Assembly: GCA_963826115.1 (NCBI GenBank)
Contig: CAWGVS010000012.1
Span: 160,001 to 224,000 of the forward strand
Direction: 5' to 3'
DNA: 64,000 nt
Source: an uncultured Candidatus Rokubacteria bacterium
GTDB taxonomy: Bacteria; Methylomirabilota; Methylomirabilia; Rokubacteriales; DASRDR01
Below the pieces are notes generated by a model. That model was not told where the DNA came from, ran no database searches, and was given only the letters and a program-made list of their open reading frames with translations. This document shows, in pieces, positions 12,586 through 23,925 of this stretch (position 1 is the stretch's first letter; each line of letters starts with the position of its first letter). A program made the translations under genes and the position numbers.

Positions 12586-13254
12586 GTGCCCGGTTACGTC
12601 TTCCAGTTCCGCCTCGTGTTCCAGGAGTTCCCCTCGCTCCTCGAGGGCGCGCTCCTGACGATCCACCTCTCGCTCCTCACGCTCCTCCTGAGCCTCATCG
12701 TCGGCACCGCCTGCGCGATGTGCCGGCTGTCCCGAATCGCGTGGCTCCGGCGCCCCGCAACCTGGTACGTGGAGGTCGTCCGCAACACTCCCCTCCTGGT
12801 CCAGCTCTTCTTCATCTACTTCGGCCTCGGCCAGCTCAGCATCGACGTCCCCAACTATCTGGCCGCGCTCATCGGTCTCGTGCTCAACAACGGCGCCTAC
12901 CTCACCGAGATCGTGCGGGCGGGGATCGAGGCGATCCCGAAGGGCCAGCACGACGCGAGCGTGTCGCTCGGCATGAGCTACCCGCAGCGCATGCGCCACG
13001 TGATTTTCCCGCAGGCCTTCCGGGTGATCTACCCACCGCTGACCAACCAGTTCATCGGGATCATCCTGTTCTCGTCCCTCGTCTCGGTCATCGCGGTCGA
13101 GGATCTCGCCCTCCGTGGCAAGATGATCATCTCGCGCAACTTCCGGTCGTTCGAGACCTACATCGTGGTGACCCTCATGTACGTCGTGATGACGCTCGCG
13201 ATCTCGGTCGCGCTCAAGCTCCTGGGCCGGCGCATGTTCCGGCAGCTCGCCTGA
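12586..13254 (+). CDS. Amino-acid ABC transporter permease (HisQ/GlnP type)
   Basis: YVEVVRNTPLLVQLF, AYLTEIVRAGIEAIPKGQ, PQAFR. Confidence 0.92.
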   Translation: MPGYVFQFRLVFQEFPSLLEGALLTIHLSLLTLLLSLIVGTACAMCRLSRIAWLRRPATWYVEVVRNTPLLVQLFFIYFGLGQLSIDVPNYLAALIGLVLNNGAYLTEIVRAGIEAIPKGQHDASVSLGMSYPQRMRHVIFPQAFRVIYPPLTNQFIGIILFSSLVSVIAVEDLALRGKMIISRNFRSFETYIVVTLMYVVMTLAISVALKLLGRRMFRQLA

Positions 13255-13255
13255 G

Positions 13256-13930
13256 ATGGGCAACGTCCCGAACTTCACCCAAGATCAGCTGAACATCTGG
13301 GACGCGCAGCTCCTCGCGCTGGGGCTCTGGAACACGGTGCGGCTCTGCGGGCTCGGGCTCGTGCTCGGATCCGTCATCGCCTTCGGGGTCGGGCTGGCCC
13401 GCGGATCCAAGCGCCCCTGGCTCTGGATGCCGGCTGCCGCCTACATCGAAATCATCCGCGACTCGCCGATCCTCATGCAGCTCTACGTCATCTTCTTCGC
13501 GCTCCCCATCCTCCTGAAGATCGAGGTGCCGGTGTTCTGGGCGGGGGTCGTCGCCCTCGTCATCAACGGCAGCGCCTTCATGGCGGAGATCGTGCGGGCG
13601 GGAATCCAGTCGGTCGGGCGCGACCAGTGGGAGGCGGCGCGAAGCCTCGGGATGGGGTACCTCCAGATCATGCGGTGGATCGTCCTGCCGCAGGCGCTGC
13701 GCGTGATGATTCCGCCCGGCGTCGGCCTCTTCATCGGGCTGGTGAAGGACTCCTCGGTCGTCTCGGTGCTGAGCTACATCGAGCTGACCCGGGCGGGCCA
13801 GATCCTGATGGAGAAGACCTTCCTGTCGTTCCAGGTGTTCGGGATCGTGGCTGCGCTCTACTTCGCCATCTGCTACCCTCTCTCGCGTCTCGCCCTCTAC
13901 TCGGAGCGGAGGCTCAGGCTCGGTGGTTAA
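13256..13930 (+). CDS. Amino-acid ABC transporter permease
   Basis: [24 protein letters not shown] (EAA loop), LVKDSSV. Confidence 0.92.
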   Translation: MGNVPNFTQDQLNIWDAQLLALGLWNTVRLCGLGLVLGSVIAFGVGLARGSKRPWLWMPAAAYIEIIRDSPILMQLYVIFFALPILLKIEVPVFWAGVVALVINGSAFMAEIVRAGIQSVGRDQWEAARSLGMGYLQIMRWIVLPQALRVMIPPGVGLFIGLVKDSSVVSVLSYIELTRAGQILMEKTFLSFQVFGIVAALYFAICYPLSRLALYSERRLRLGG

Positions 13931-14645
13931 GGTCAGCCACGTCCACAAGTACTTCGGCCGGCTGCACGTCCTCGACGACGTGAGCCTCGAGGTCACGCGT
14001 GGCGAGGTCGTGGTGGTCATCGGGCCGAGCGGCTCCGGCAAGAGCACGCTCCTCCGGTGCCTCAACTATCTCGAGCCCGTGCAGTCGGGCGAGATCTGGG
14101 TCGACGGGGTGCGGCTCGACCACCACCGGACCAACATCCGCCAGGTCCGGGCCGAGGTCGGCATCGTCTTCCAGTCCTACAACCTGTTCCCGCACCTGAG
14201 CGCCCTCCGGAACGTCATGCTGGCGCCGATCGTGGTCCGGAGGCGGCCGGAGCCGGAGGTGCGCCAGGAGGCCCTCCGCCTGCTCGACAAGGTGGGCCTC
14301 GCCGACAAGGTGGACGCGTACCCCGGACAGCTCTCCGGCGGCCAGCAGCAGCGCGTCGCCATCGCGCGGGCCCTCGCCATGCAGCCCAAGCTCATGCTCT
14401 TCGACGAGGTCACCTCGGCGCTCGACCCCGAGCTCGTCCGCGAGGTGCTGGACGCCATGAAGCAGCTCGTCCGCGAGGGCATGACCATGCTCGTGGTGAC
14501 CCACGAGATGGGCTTCGCGCGCGAGGTCGCCCACCGGGTCGTCTTCATGGACGAGGGGCGCGTCGTCGAGGTCGGTTCGCCCCAGGAGGTCTTCGACCGG
14601 CCGCAGAACGCCCGGACGCAGGCCTTCCTGAGCAAGATCCTCTAG
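13923..14645 (+). CDS. Amino-acid ABC transporter ATP-binding protein (GlnQ-like)
   Basis: [38 protein letters not shown]. Confidence 0.95.
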   Translation: MVKVSHVHKYFGRLHVLDDVSLEVTRGEVVVVIGPSGSGKSTLLRCLNYLEPVQSGEIWVDGVRLDHHRTNIRQVRAEVGIVFQSYNLFPHLSALRNVMLAPIVVRRRPEPEVRQEALRLLDKVGLADKVDAYPGQLSGGQQQRVAIARALAMQPKLMLFDEVTSALDPELVREVLDAMKQLVREGMTMLVVTHEMGFAREVAHRVVFMDEGRVVEVGSPQEVFDRPQNARTQAFLSKIL

Positions 14646-14651
14646 CCGCGC

Positions 14652-15179
14652 ATGATCGGCCTGAACGTCCCGGCGCCGGACGTCGCCCTGAACGCGGTCG
14701 CGGAGGGCCAGGTCCGCCGGATCCGGCTCGGGGACTTCCGCGGCCGCTGGGTCGTGCTCTTCTTCTACCCCGCGGACTTCACCTTCGTGTGCCCGACGGA
14801 GATCCGCGGCTTCCAGGCGCGCCGGGCGGAGTTCGCGGAGCGCGGCGCGGAGATCCTGGCCGTGAGCGTCGACGACGTCGAGAGCCACCGCGCGTGGGCG
14901 GCCGAGCTCGGCGGCGTGGCGTTCCCGCTCCTGAGCGATCCCACCCGCGAAGCCACCCGCGCCTACGGAGTCCTCAACGAGGCCGACGGCCGGGCGTTCC
15001 GCGCCACGTTCATCGTCGGGCCCGACGGGCGGATCGCCTACTTCGTGGTGAGCCCCATGAACGTCGGGCGCAGCGTCGACGAGACGCTCCGCGTGCTCGA
15101 GGCGCTCCAGACGGGACGTCTCTGTCCCGCGGACTGGCGGCCGGGCGACCCGACGCTCGATCCGTCGCTCCGGTACTGA
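14652..15179 (+). CDS. Peroxiredoxin (AhpC/Prx1 type)
   Basis: FFYPADFTFVCPTE, GRSVDETLRVL, second cysteine in LCPADW. Confidence 0.92.
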   Translation: MIGLNVPAPDVALNAVAEGQVRRIRLGDFRGRWVVLFFYPADFTFVCPTEIRGFQARRAEFAERGAEILAVSVDDVESHRAWAAELGGVAFPLLSDPTREATRAYGVLNEADGRAFRATFIVGPDGRIAYFVVSPMNVGRSVDETLRVLEALQTGRLCPADWRPGDPTLDPSLRY

Positions 15180-15196
15180 CGCGGCCCGAGGCGACC

Positions 15197-15923
15197 GTGT
15201 CGACACCGGGCGAGCTGGGCGCCCAGAAGCGGGTCCTCGAGCGGAAGGTCCGCGCGCGCGAGTTCGTCTTCGGGATCCAGGACGGTCTCCTCAGCACCGT
15301 CGGGCTCCTGAGCGGCGTGTCGGCCGCCACCCAGAACGCGGAGATCGTGCTCCTCACCGGCATCGCCGCGGCGATCACGGGCGGCGTGTCCATGGCGACC
15401 GGCTCCTACCTCGCCGCGCGGACCGAGAAGGAGATCTTCGAGAAGGAGCTGCTCGACCAGACGCGGCTCGCGGCGGCGCAGCCGTACCTCGCGCAGGAGG
15501 CGCTCCTCGAGGCGCTGGTCGCGCGAGGGGCTCGATCGGCCGTCGGCCTACCGGGTCGTCCACATCTTCTCCCGGCACCGGGAGCTCCTGCTCCGGACGG
15601 TCCAGGAGAAGGTGCTCGGGCTCGGGTCGGCCGACATCTCCCAGCCGATCAAGGCCGGCCTGGTGATGTTCGTCTCCTTCGTCATCGGCGCGGCGATTCC
15701 CCTCGCCCCCCTCGTGCTCGTCGCGGGGCCGCTCGCGCTGCCGCTGTCGTGGACGCTGTCGATCGCGGTGCTGCTGGGCGTCGGCGTCCTGAAGGGGATC
15801 CTGACCGGGCGCCCGCTGCTGCGGTCGGGACTCGAGTTCGCCTCGGTGGCGCTCGGCTCCGCGGTGGTCGGCTGGCTCGTCGGGACGCTGTTCGAGCGGG
15901 CCTTCGGCGTCACCGTCCCTTAG
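15197..15923 (+). CDS. VIT1/CCC1 family Fe/Mn transporter, one +1 frameshift near 15522
   Basis: REFVFGIQDGLLST and GGVSMATGSYL in one frame; FVSFVIGAAIPL and further TM helices in the next; removing one base from gtcgcgcgag joins them. Confidence 0.8.
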
Positions 15924-15943
15924 GCCCGGCGGCGCGGGCGCGG

Positions 15944-16819
15944 CTAGCGCGCCACGTAGAGGATCAGGACGACCGCGCCGCCCCAGAGCGCGACGTCGAG
16001 CATGAGCGCCCGGTCCGTCAGGAGGTGCTCCGACGGATCCCCGCCGAGGTCGCGGCGGTACAGGAGATAGAGGTAGCGGAAGATCCCGTAGAGGACGAAC
16101 GGGATCGTCAGCGGCAGGCGCGTGGTGCCGAGCTTCGCCTGCGTCTCCGGCGAGATCGTGTAGAGGGCGTAGGCCATGAGCGTCGATGCCGTCACCACCG
16201 CGATCATCTGGTCGAGCAGCTGCGGCGAGTACTCCGACAGGATCGGCCGGTGGTCCGCCGCCCCGGCCTCGAGCGCGAGCAGCTCGTGCCGGCGCTTCCC
16301 GAACGTCAGGAACAGCGCCAGCAGGATCGTGCACAGGAGCAGCCAGTTCGAGAGCTCGAGCCCGAGCACGACGACGCCGCCGAGGGCGCGCAGCACGAAC
16401 CCCATCGCGATGATCAGGCCGTCCACGATGACGACGTGCTTGAGCCCCGCCGAGTACGCGGTCAGGAGCACCGCGTAGGCGACCGCCACGGCGCCGAACG
16501 GCGCCGACACGAGGAGCGCGGCGACCGACGCGCCGATCAGGAGGACGATCCCCGCGACCAGCGCCACGCCGGCGGGCAGGCGGCCCGAGGCGACGGGGCG
16601 CTCGCGCTTCTGGGGGTGCGCGCGGTCCCGCTCGGCGTCCACCACGTCGTTGACGAGGTAGACGCCGCCGGACAGGAGGCAAAAGATCGCGAACGCGAAG
16701 ACCGACCGGGCCACGTGCGCCGGATCGTTGAGCCCCTGGGAAAAGATCAGGCCCGCGAAGACGAGGAGGTTCTTGGTCCACTGGCGCGGGCGGAGCGCGG
16801 TGACGAGGGCGCCGATCAT
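15944..16819 (-). CDS. UbiA-family decaprenyl-phosphate phosphoribosyltransferase-like protein
   Basis: LRPRQWTKNLLVF, YLVNDVVDAERDRAHPQKRERPVASG, GKRRHEL, YGIFRY; ATG at 16819. Confidence 0.87.
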   Translation of the reverse strand: MIGALVTALRPRQWTKNLLVFAGLIFSQGLNDPAHVARSVFAFAIFCLLSGGVYLVNDVVDAERDRAHPQKRERPVASGRLPAGVALVAGIVLLIGASVAALLVSAPFGAVAVAYAVLLTAYSAGLKHVVIVDGLIIAMGFVLRALGGVVVLGLELSNWLLLCTILLALFLTFGKRRHELLALEAGAADHRPILSEYSPQLLDQMIAVVTASTLMAYALYTISPETQAKLGTTRLPLTIPFVLYGIFRYLYLLYRRDLGGDPSEHLLTDRALMLDVALWGGAVVLILYVAR

Positions 16820-16830
16820 GGCGGCCGCGC

Positions 16831-17802
16831 CTAGCTCCGGCCCGTCGCGCGGAGGTGGTCGATCACGCGGCGGAGGGTCTCGTCGAGCGACACGCGGGGC
16901 CGGTGTCCGGCAACGCGCTCGGCTTTCCGGATGTCCGGCACCCGCCGGCGCAGGTCCTCGAACCCGGGCTGGTACGCCTCGTCGTACGGGACGAACACGA
17001 TCGACGCGCGGCTGCCCGTGAGCGCCCGCACCCGCTCGGCGAGCTCCGCGATCGTCACCTCGTCCGTCGTCCCCACGTTGAACACCTCGCCGACCGCGCC
17101 GGCGGCCGTCGCGAGGGTGACCGTCGCGCGCACGGTGTCCTCCACGTCCGTGAAGCACCGGGACTGGCGGCCGTCGCCGTAGACCGTGATCGGGCTCCCG
17201 TCGAGCGCCTGGCGGACGAAGCGCGGCACGACCATGCCGTACCGGCCGGTCTGCCGGGGCCCGATGGTGTTGAAGAACCGCACGATGGTCACCGGCAGGT
17301 CGTACTCGCGGTGGTACGCGAGCGCGAGAAACTCGTCGATCGCCTTCGAGCACGCATAGCTCCAGCGGCTCTTCGTCGTCGGCCCGAGGACCCGGTCGTC
17401 GTCCTCGGAGAGCGGCACCCGGTCGTTCTTGCCGTAGACCTCGGAGGTGGACGCGAGGACGACGCGGGGACGCGTCTCGCGCGCCGCGCGGAGGATGGTC
17501 TCGGTGCCGACGATGTTGGTCTCGATGGTCGCGACGGGCCGGTCGAGGATCAGCCGGACACCGACCGCCGCCGCCAGGTGATACACGACGTCGGCCGCGG
17601 CCACGAGCTTCCGCACCAGCGGCTCGTCCGTGACCGATCCCGCGCTGACCTCGAGCCGGGGGTGCCCCTCGACCGCCGCCAGGTTCGCGAGCCGGCCGGT
17701 GGAGAGGTCGTCGAGGATCGCCACCTCGTGGCCGGCGGCGAGCAAGGCCTCCGTCAGGTGCGACCCGATGAACCCCGCCCCGCCCGTGACCAGCGCTCGC
17801 AC
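16831..17802 (-). CDS. NAD-dependent nucleotide-sugar epimerase/dehydratase
   Basis: VTGGAGFIGS, STSEVYG, YACSK (YxxxK), RFFNTIGPRQ. Confidence 0.9.
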   Translation of the reverse strand: MRALVTGGAGFIGSHLTEALLAAGHEVAILDDLSTGRLANLAAVEGHPRLEVSAGSVTDEPLVRKLVAAADVVYHLAAAVGVRLILDRPVATIETNIVGTETILRAARETRPRVVLASTSEVYGKNDRVPLSEDDDRVLGPTTKSRWSYACSKAIDEFLALAYHREYDLPVTIVRFFNTIGPRQTGRYGMVVPRFVRQALDGSPITVYGDGRQSRCFTDVEDTVRATVTLATAAGAVGEVFNVGTTDEVTIAELAERVRALTGSRASIVFVPYDEAYQPGFEDLRRRVPDIRKAERVAGHRPRVSLDETLRRVIDHLRATGRS

Positions 17803-17819
17803 GCGCGCTCCGGCCCCGG

Positions 17820-19142
17820 TCAGAGGCGGACGACCCGAGTGCGGTCGACCCTGACGTCGCGGGTGGCGTTCCGCGTGTCGAACACGAGCCGGGCGTGCGT
17901 CACGATCCACTCGTAGTCCACCGCGTCGTGGTCGGTGTGGATCACCACGCAGTCGGCCGCCGCGACCGTCTCCCGGTCGAGCGGCACGGACGCGAGCTCG
18001 CGCGTCCCCAGCCGGAGGCGCGGCACCAGGGGATCGTGGTACGCCACCTCGAGACCACGCGCCTCCAGGAGCTCGAGGATCTTCAGCGCCGATGAGTTGC
18101 GGACGTCGCTGACGTTGCGCTTGAAGCTCACGCCGAGGAGCAGCACCCGGCGGCCGCGCACGTCGCCGCCGCGCTGCGCGAGGACCCGCGCCAGCTTCTC
18201 GACGACGAAGTACGGCATGTTCGCGTTGACCTCGGCCGCCCGGGTGATGAAGTTCGTGTAGAAGTCGTGCTCCTTCGCCTTCCACGCGAGGTAGATCGGG
18301 TCCACGGGGATGCAGTGCCCCCCGACGCCGGGGCCCGGGCGAAAGCTCATGAACCCGAACGGCTTGCTGGCGGCGGCGTCGACGACTTCCCAGACGTCGA
18401 CGCCCATCCGGTCGCACAGCATCGCGAGCTCGTTCACCAGCGCGATGTTCACGTTCCGGAAGATGTTCTCGAGGAGCTTCGCCGTCTCGGCCACCCGGGG
18501 TCCCGACACCGGCACCACCTTGATGACCGCCTTCTGGTAGAGGGCCTGCGCGAGCGCGGTGCAGGTCGGGGTCACGCCGCCCACGAGCTTCGGCGTGTTG
18601 GCCACGTGGTAGTGGAGGTTGCCGGGGTCCACGCGCTCCGGCGAGTACGCGAGGGCGAAGTCCCGGCCCACGCGGAGCCCGCCCGCCTCGAACGCCGGCA
18701 GCAGGACCTCCTCGGTCGTCCCGGGATACGTCGTGCTCTCGAGCACCACCAGCTGGCCGGGCCGGAGCCGGCCGGCGACCTCCGCGACGACGGCGCGCAC
18801 GAAGGAGAGGTCGGGCTCCCGGTTGGGCGTGAACGGCGTGGGGACGCAGATGACGATCGCATCGAGGGTCGCCGCGCCGTCCCAGGCGCTCGTCGCCTGG
18901 AGCCGCCCCTCCCGCACGAATTCGGCCACGGTGCGCGCGGGGACGTCCTCGACGTAGCTCTCGCCCCGGCCGACCGCCGCGACGCGCTCGGGGTCGGCGT
19001 CGATCCCGGTCACCCGGAAGCCCGCCCGCGCCAGCTCCACCGCGAGCGGGAGCCCCACGTAGCCGAGGCCGGCGACGCCGACCGCCGCGCGCCCGTCGGC
19101 CAGACGCGCCCGCAACGTCTCGAGGGGCGTCATGTCCGTCAT
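17820..19142 (-). CDS. Nucleotide-sugar dehydrogenase (WbpA/WecC-like)
   Basis: GLGYVGLP, CVPTP, ESTTYPGTT, SPERVDPG, KLLENIFRNVN, GGHCIPVDP. Confidence 0.92.
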   Translation of the reverse strand: MTDMTPLETLRARLADGRAAVGVAGLGYVGLPLAVELARAGFRVTGIDADPERVAAVGRGESYVEDVPARTVAEFVREGRLQATSAWDGAATLDAIVICVPTPFTPNREPDLSFVRAVVAEVAGRLRPGQLVVLESTTYPGTTEEVLLPAFEAGGLRVGRDFALAYSPERVDPGNLHYHVANTPKLVGGVTPTCTALAQALYQKAVIKVVPVSGPRVAETAKLLENIFRNVNIALVNELAMLCDRMGVDVWEVVDAAASKPFGFMSFRPGPGVGGHCIPVDPIYLAWKAKEHDFYTNFITRAAEVNANMPYFVVEKLARVLAQRGGDVRGRRVLLLGVSFKRNVSDVRNSSALKILELLEARGLEVAYHDPLVPRLRLGTRELASVPLDRETVAAADCVVIHTDHDAVDYEWIVTHARLVFDTRNATRDVRVDRTRVVRL

Positions 19143-19151
19143 CGCCGCGTC

Positions 19152-19180
19152 ATTATTGACAGTTCTGCCCGGAGTGTCAA
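19152..19180 (-). promoter_or_regulatory. sigma70 promoter of the nucleotide-sugar dehydrogenase unit
   Basis: Minus strand TTGACA-17 nt-AATAAT, 9 nt before the ATG at 19142. Confidence 0.7.
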
Positions 19181-19203
19181 GGAAGCGCGGCCCGCGACCG
19201 CGC

Positions 19204-20967
19204 TCACTCGAGCCGGACGGACGCGCGGACGACCCCCACCCCGCGGGCCGCGCAGATCGCCTCCAGACGGCGGAGGCGCTCGGCCGGGATCTTCCGAGAG
19301 GCCACCACGACCTCCTCGACGCGATGCGCGCGCAGGACCGCCTCGAGGTCGTCGAGCGCGCCCAGCACCGGCACCCCGTGAATGCGCGTCCCCGCCTTCG
19401 CCCGATCGTCGTCGAGGAACCCCACCGCGTCCCGCGCGAGGTCGGCGTTGTTCCGGAGCTCCCGGAGCACCAGCTCGCCGCCGTCCCCGGCGCCGTAGAC
19501 GAGGACCGGGCGCGCGCCGGTGCGCGGAGCGCGGAGCGCCTCCCCGAGGAGGCGGAACGACACCCGGCTCGCGCTCACGAGCACCGTGACGAGGAGCAAG
19601 TTGAGCACGAACACCGCGCGGGACAGGCCCGCGAACCGCGTGGCGAACAGGAGATAGAGGACCGCCGCCACGGTCCCGAGCGCGAGGCCCCGCCAGATCC
19701 GGAGGAGGTCGTCGAGACCCGTGTACCGCCACATCCCCCGGTACGCCCCCGAAACCGCCAGTCCGCCGAGCTGGAAGACGAGGACCGGCGCGAGGGTGCG
19801 GATCAGCATCGGCTTGTTCGCGGCGAACGCGTCCTCGAAGCGCAGGACGTACGACGCGTAGTAGGCGACCACGATGAGGATCGCGTCCAGGACGACCGAG
19901 ACCACCTCCCGCTTGAACGGGAGGTCCTGGACGAGCCGGATCGCCGCCCGATCCGGCGGCGGCGACCCGGGCCGCGCGACCTCGACCCGGCTCAGGTGCA
20001 CCCCGAGGAGCGTCAGCGCGATCAGCAGGAGCGGGAGCAGGATGACGGCCGTCCCGAGGTCGGCCCGGTACGTGAGGAGGGCGGCCCCCCCGCCGAGGAT
20101 CGACAGCCCGAAGAGGACGGCGAGCGCGCGGCCCTCGCTGCCGCCGAGCGCCACCAGCCGGTGCGAGGTGTGGTCGCGGCCGCCCTGCGAGACCGGCTGC
20201 CCGCGGAGGAGCCGCGTGACCGTGACGAAGGTGGTGTCGAAGATCGGGATCAGCACCAGCAGCACGGGGACGGCGAGCACCGCGGTGATCCCGCGCGAGT
20301 AGTACGCCGCGTCGACGACGAGGCAGAGGCCGCTCAGGAAGAAGCCGAGGAAGAGGCTCCCCGCGTCGCCCATGAAGATCCGGGCCGGCGGGGCGTTCCG
20401 CACGAGGAAGCCGGTCACCGCGCCGACGAAGCCCGCGGTCATGGTCGCGGCGGCAAGGTCCCCGTCGAGGAGGAAGAGGGCCAGCCGGAACCCGCCCGCG
20501 ATGACCGCCATGCCGGCGGCCAGGCCGTCCATGTTGTCGAGCAGGTTGAAGGCGTTCGTGATGCCGACGACCCAGACCACGGTGAGCAGCACGTCGAGCA
20601 CCGGGACGCCGGTCAGCCGCAGCACGAAGTCGCGCTCCACCAGGAGCCCCGCGAGCACGATCTGCGCCACGAGCTTCACCTGGGGCCGGAGCGGACGGAC
20701 GTCGTCGAGGAGCCCCACCGCCCCCATCGCGAGCGCGATCAGGGTGAGCTCGGCCAGGCGCCCCCGGAGCCCGCCCGTCCACGCGAGGGCCGGCAGCACG
20801 CCGAGCATGATCGCCACGCCGCCCAGGAGGGCCACGGGCCGGCGGTGCCAGCGGTCGGCTCGGGGCGCGACGACGAGGCCGAGCCGGGGCGCCACGCGCT
20901 CGCAGGCGAGGGTCGCGGCGAGCGCGACGACGAGCGAGACTCCGAACGCGACGAGAACGACGGTCAC
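19204..20967 (-). CDS. MraY/WecA-family polyprenyl-phosphate sugar-1-phosphate transferase fused to a CapD-like membrane plus Rossmann-type domain
   Basis: GLLDD, NAFNLLDNMDG, IFMGDAGS, DHTSHRL; C-terminal YRGMWRYTG and VYGAGDGG...GFLDDD...GVPVLG. Start (GTG 20967) approximate. Confidence 0.85.
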   Translation of the reverse strand: MTVVLVAFGVSLVVALAATLACERVAPRLGLVVAPRADRWHRRPVALLGGVAIMLGVLPALAWTGGLRGRLAELTLIALAMGAVGLLDDVRPLRPQVKLVAQIVLAGLLVERDFVLRLTGVPVLDVLLTVVWVVGITNAFNLLDNMDGLAAGMAVIAGGFRLALFLLDGDLAAATMTAGFVGAVTGFLVRNAPPARIFMGDAGSLFLGFFLSGLCLVVDAAYYSRGITAVLAVPVLLVLIPIFDTTFVTVTRLLRGQPVSQGGRDHTSHRLVALGGSEGRALAVLFGLSILGGGAALLTYRADLGTAVILLPLLLIALTLLGVHLSRVEVARPGSPPPDRAAIRLVQDLPFKREVVSVVLDAILIVVAYYASYVLRFEDAFAANKPMLIRTLAPVLVFQLGGLAVSGAYRGMWRYTGLDDLLRIWRGLALGTVAAVLYLLFATRFAGLSRAVFVLNLLLVTVLVSASRVSFRLLGEALRAPRTGARPVLVYGAGDGGELVLRELRNNADLARDAVGFLDDDRAKAGTRIHGVPVLGALDDLEAVLRAHRVEEVVVASRKIPAERLRRLEAICAARGVGVVRASVRLE

Positions 20968-20972
20968 GCGCG

Positions 20973-22913
20973 TCAGGACGCCACGGCCGCCGCCCCGCGG
21001 GGCGTGTCCGGCGTCGGCGGCGGGCCCGCCGCGGGCCGCCGGTCCACGAACATCCGGTGCCAGAGCTCGAGCACGAGCAGGCTCCACAGCTCGTGGTGCC
21101 ATCCGCGCGCGCCGCGCGCGTGCTCGTCCAGGAGCCGGCTCACCACCGGCGCGTGAAAGTAGCCGCGCGCCACCGTCCGCGAGTCCAGGAGCACGTCGTG
21201 GGCCAATGGACGGAGCTCCTCGCGGAGCCAGCGGTCGATCGGCACACCGAAGCCCTGCTTCGGCCGGTCCACCACCTCGGTGGGCAAGAGGGGACGCACC
21301 GCGCGCCGGAGGAGGTACTTCCCCGCGCGGCCGCGGACCTTCAGGTCCGACGGCAGGCTGGCGCAGAACTCCATCACGTCGGGGTCGAGGAAGGGCGAGC
21401 GGCCCTCGAGCCCGTGGGCCATGGTCGCGATGTCCACCTTCACGAGGAGGTCGTCGGGCAGGTACGTCCCGACGTCCACCAGGAGGGCGGCGTCGACCGG
21501 ATCCAGGCCTTCGGCGTCGCGGAACGGGGCCGCCAGGTGCTCGAGCGAGTCGCGGTCGCCCGCCGCCCGCCGGAACTCCTCGGTCACGAGGACCTGCTTC
21601 ACCCCTGGCTCGAGGTGGGCGGCCCAGCGCGCGTACCGGCGCGCGGGCGGCTCGGCGAGCCCGGCCAGGAACCGGCGGGCGTAGTCGACCCGCCGCCCGG
21701 CCGCCGGGAGCGCGCCGAGGAGCGCCGCCAGCGGCCGCGCCGCGGGACGCGCCAGGGTCGCGTAGCGGGCGGCGAGCCCGCTTGCCCGATGGCGACGGTA
21801 GCCCGCGAGGTTCTCGTCACCGCCGTCGCCGTTCAGCGCGACGGTCACGTGGCGCCGGGTGAGCTCAGCCAGGTAGAACGTCGGGATCGCCGACGAGTCC
21901 GCGTACGGCTCGTTGTAGTGCCAGAGGAGGCGCGGCAGCACGTCCACCGCCTCGGGCCGCACGACGAACTCGTGGTGGTCGCAGCCGTAGCGGCGCGCCA
22001 CCAGGCGCGCGTACCGGAGCTCGTCGTACGCCGGCTCCTCGAAGCCGATCGAGAAGGTCCGCACGGAGCCCGCGCCGGCCTCGGCCATGAGCGCCACCAC
22101 CGTGCTCGAGTCGATGCCGCCGCTCAGGAACGCCCCGAGCGGCACGTCGGCGACGAGGCGCGCGCGCACGGCGTCACGGAGGCGCGCCAAGAGCTCCGTC
22201 GCCGCGTCGTCCTCCGACATCCGCCGCTTCGGGAGATACTCGAGCCGCCAGTAGCGCTGGAGGCGCGTCTGGCCGTCCTCCACCACGAGACAGTGGCCCG
22301 GCGGGACCCGCCGGACGCCGGCGAAGGCCGAGCCCGGCGCCGGCACGTAGTGGAGCGTCAGGTAGTCCCAGAGGGCCCCCGCGTCCGCCCGCACCTCGAA
22401 GGCGGGATCGGCCAGAAAGGCCTTCGGCTCCGACGCGAACTCGAGCCCGTCCCGATCCAGCCGGTAGTAGAGGGGCTTCTTGCCCACCCGGTCGCGCGCG
22501 AGCAGGAGCCGGCGCCGGGCGCCGTCCCAGAGCGCGAACGCGAACATTCCGCGGAGCCGCGCCAGGCAGTCGACGCCGTGGGCGGCGTAGGCGGCCAGGA
22601 GCGCCTCGGTGTCCGAGCGGGTCCGGAACCGGTGGCCGCGCGCCTCGAGCTCGGCGCGCAGCTCGCGGAAGTTGTAGATCTCGCCGTTCAGGATCGCCTG
22701 GACGCGCGGGTCCTCGCCCGCCATCGGCTGGCGCGCGGCATCGCTGAGATCGACGATCGCCAGGCGGCGGTGCACGAGCCCCACGGCCCCGTCGCACCAG
22801 ATCGCCTGCCCGTCCGGCCCCCGGTGGGCGAGGAGGTCGCCCATCGCGCGAAGGCGCCCGGGGTCCACCGGCGCGCCGGTGCGGAAGTTCAGGCGGCCCG
22901 CGATCCCGCACAC
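20973..22913 (-). CDS. asnB: Asparagine synthase-like glutamine amidotransferase (probably glycan amidation)
   Basis: N-terminal MCGIAG, HRRLAIVD, NGEIYN, RDRVGKKPLYY, LSGGIDSS, RPKQGF. Confidence 0.92.
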   Translation of the reverse strand: MCGIAGRLNFRTGAPVDPGRLRAMGDLLAHRGPDGQAIWCDGAVGLVHRRLAIVDLSDAARQPMAGEDPRVQAILNGEIYNFRELRAELEARGHRFRTRSDTEALLAAYAAHGVDCLARLRGMFAFALWDGARRRLLLARDRVGKKPLYYRLDRDGLEFASEPKAFLADPAFEVRADAGALWDYLTLHYVPAPGSAFAGVRRVPPGHCLVVEDGQTRLQRYWRLEYLPKRRMSEDDAATELLARLRDAVRARLVADVPLGAFLSGGIDSSTVVALMAEAGAGSVRTFSIGFEEPAYDELRYARLVARRYGCDHHEFVVRPEAVDVLPRLLWHYNEPYADSSAIPTFYLAELTRRHVTVALNGDGGDENLAGYRRHRASGLAARYATLARPAARPLAALLGALPAAGRRVDYARRFLAGLAEPPARRYARWAAHLEPGVKQVLVTEEFRRAAGDRDSLEHLAAPFRDAEGLDPVDAALLVDVGTYLPDDLLVKVDIATMAHGLEGRSPFLDPDVMEFCASLPSDLKVRGRAGKYLLRRAVRPLLPTEVVDRPKQGFGVPIDRWLREELRPLAHDVLLDSRTVARGYFHAPVVSRLLDEHARGARGWHHELWSLLVLELWHRMFVDRRPAAGPPPTPDTPRGAAAVAS

Positions 22914-22935
22914 GTCCGGCTGGATCCGGGGGCCG

Positions 22936-23925
<990 letters not shown>

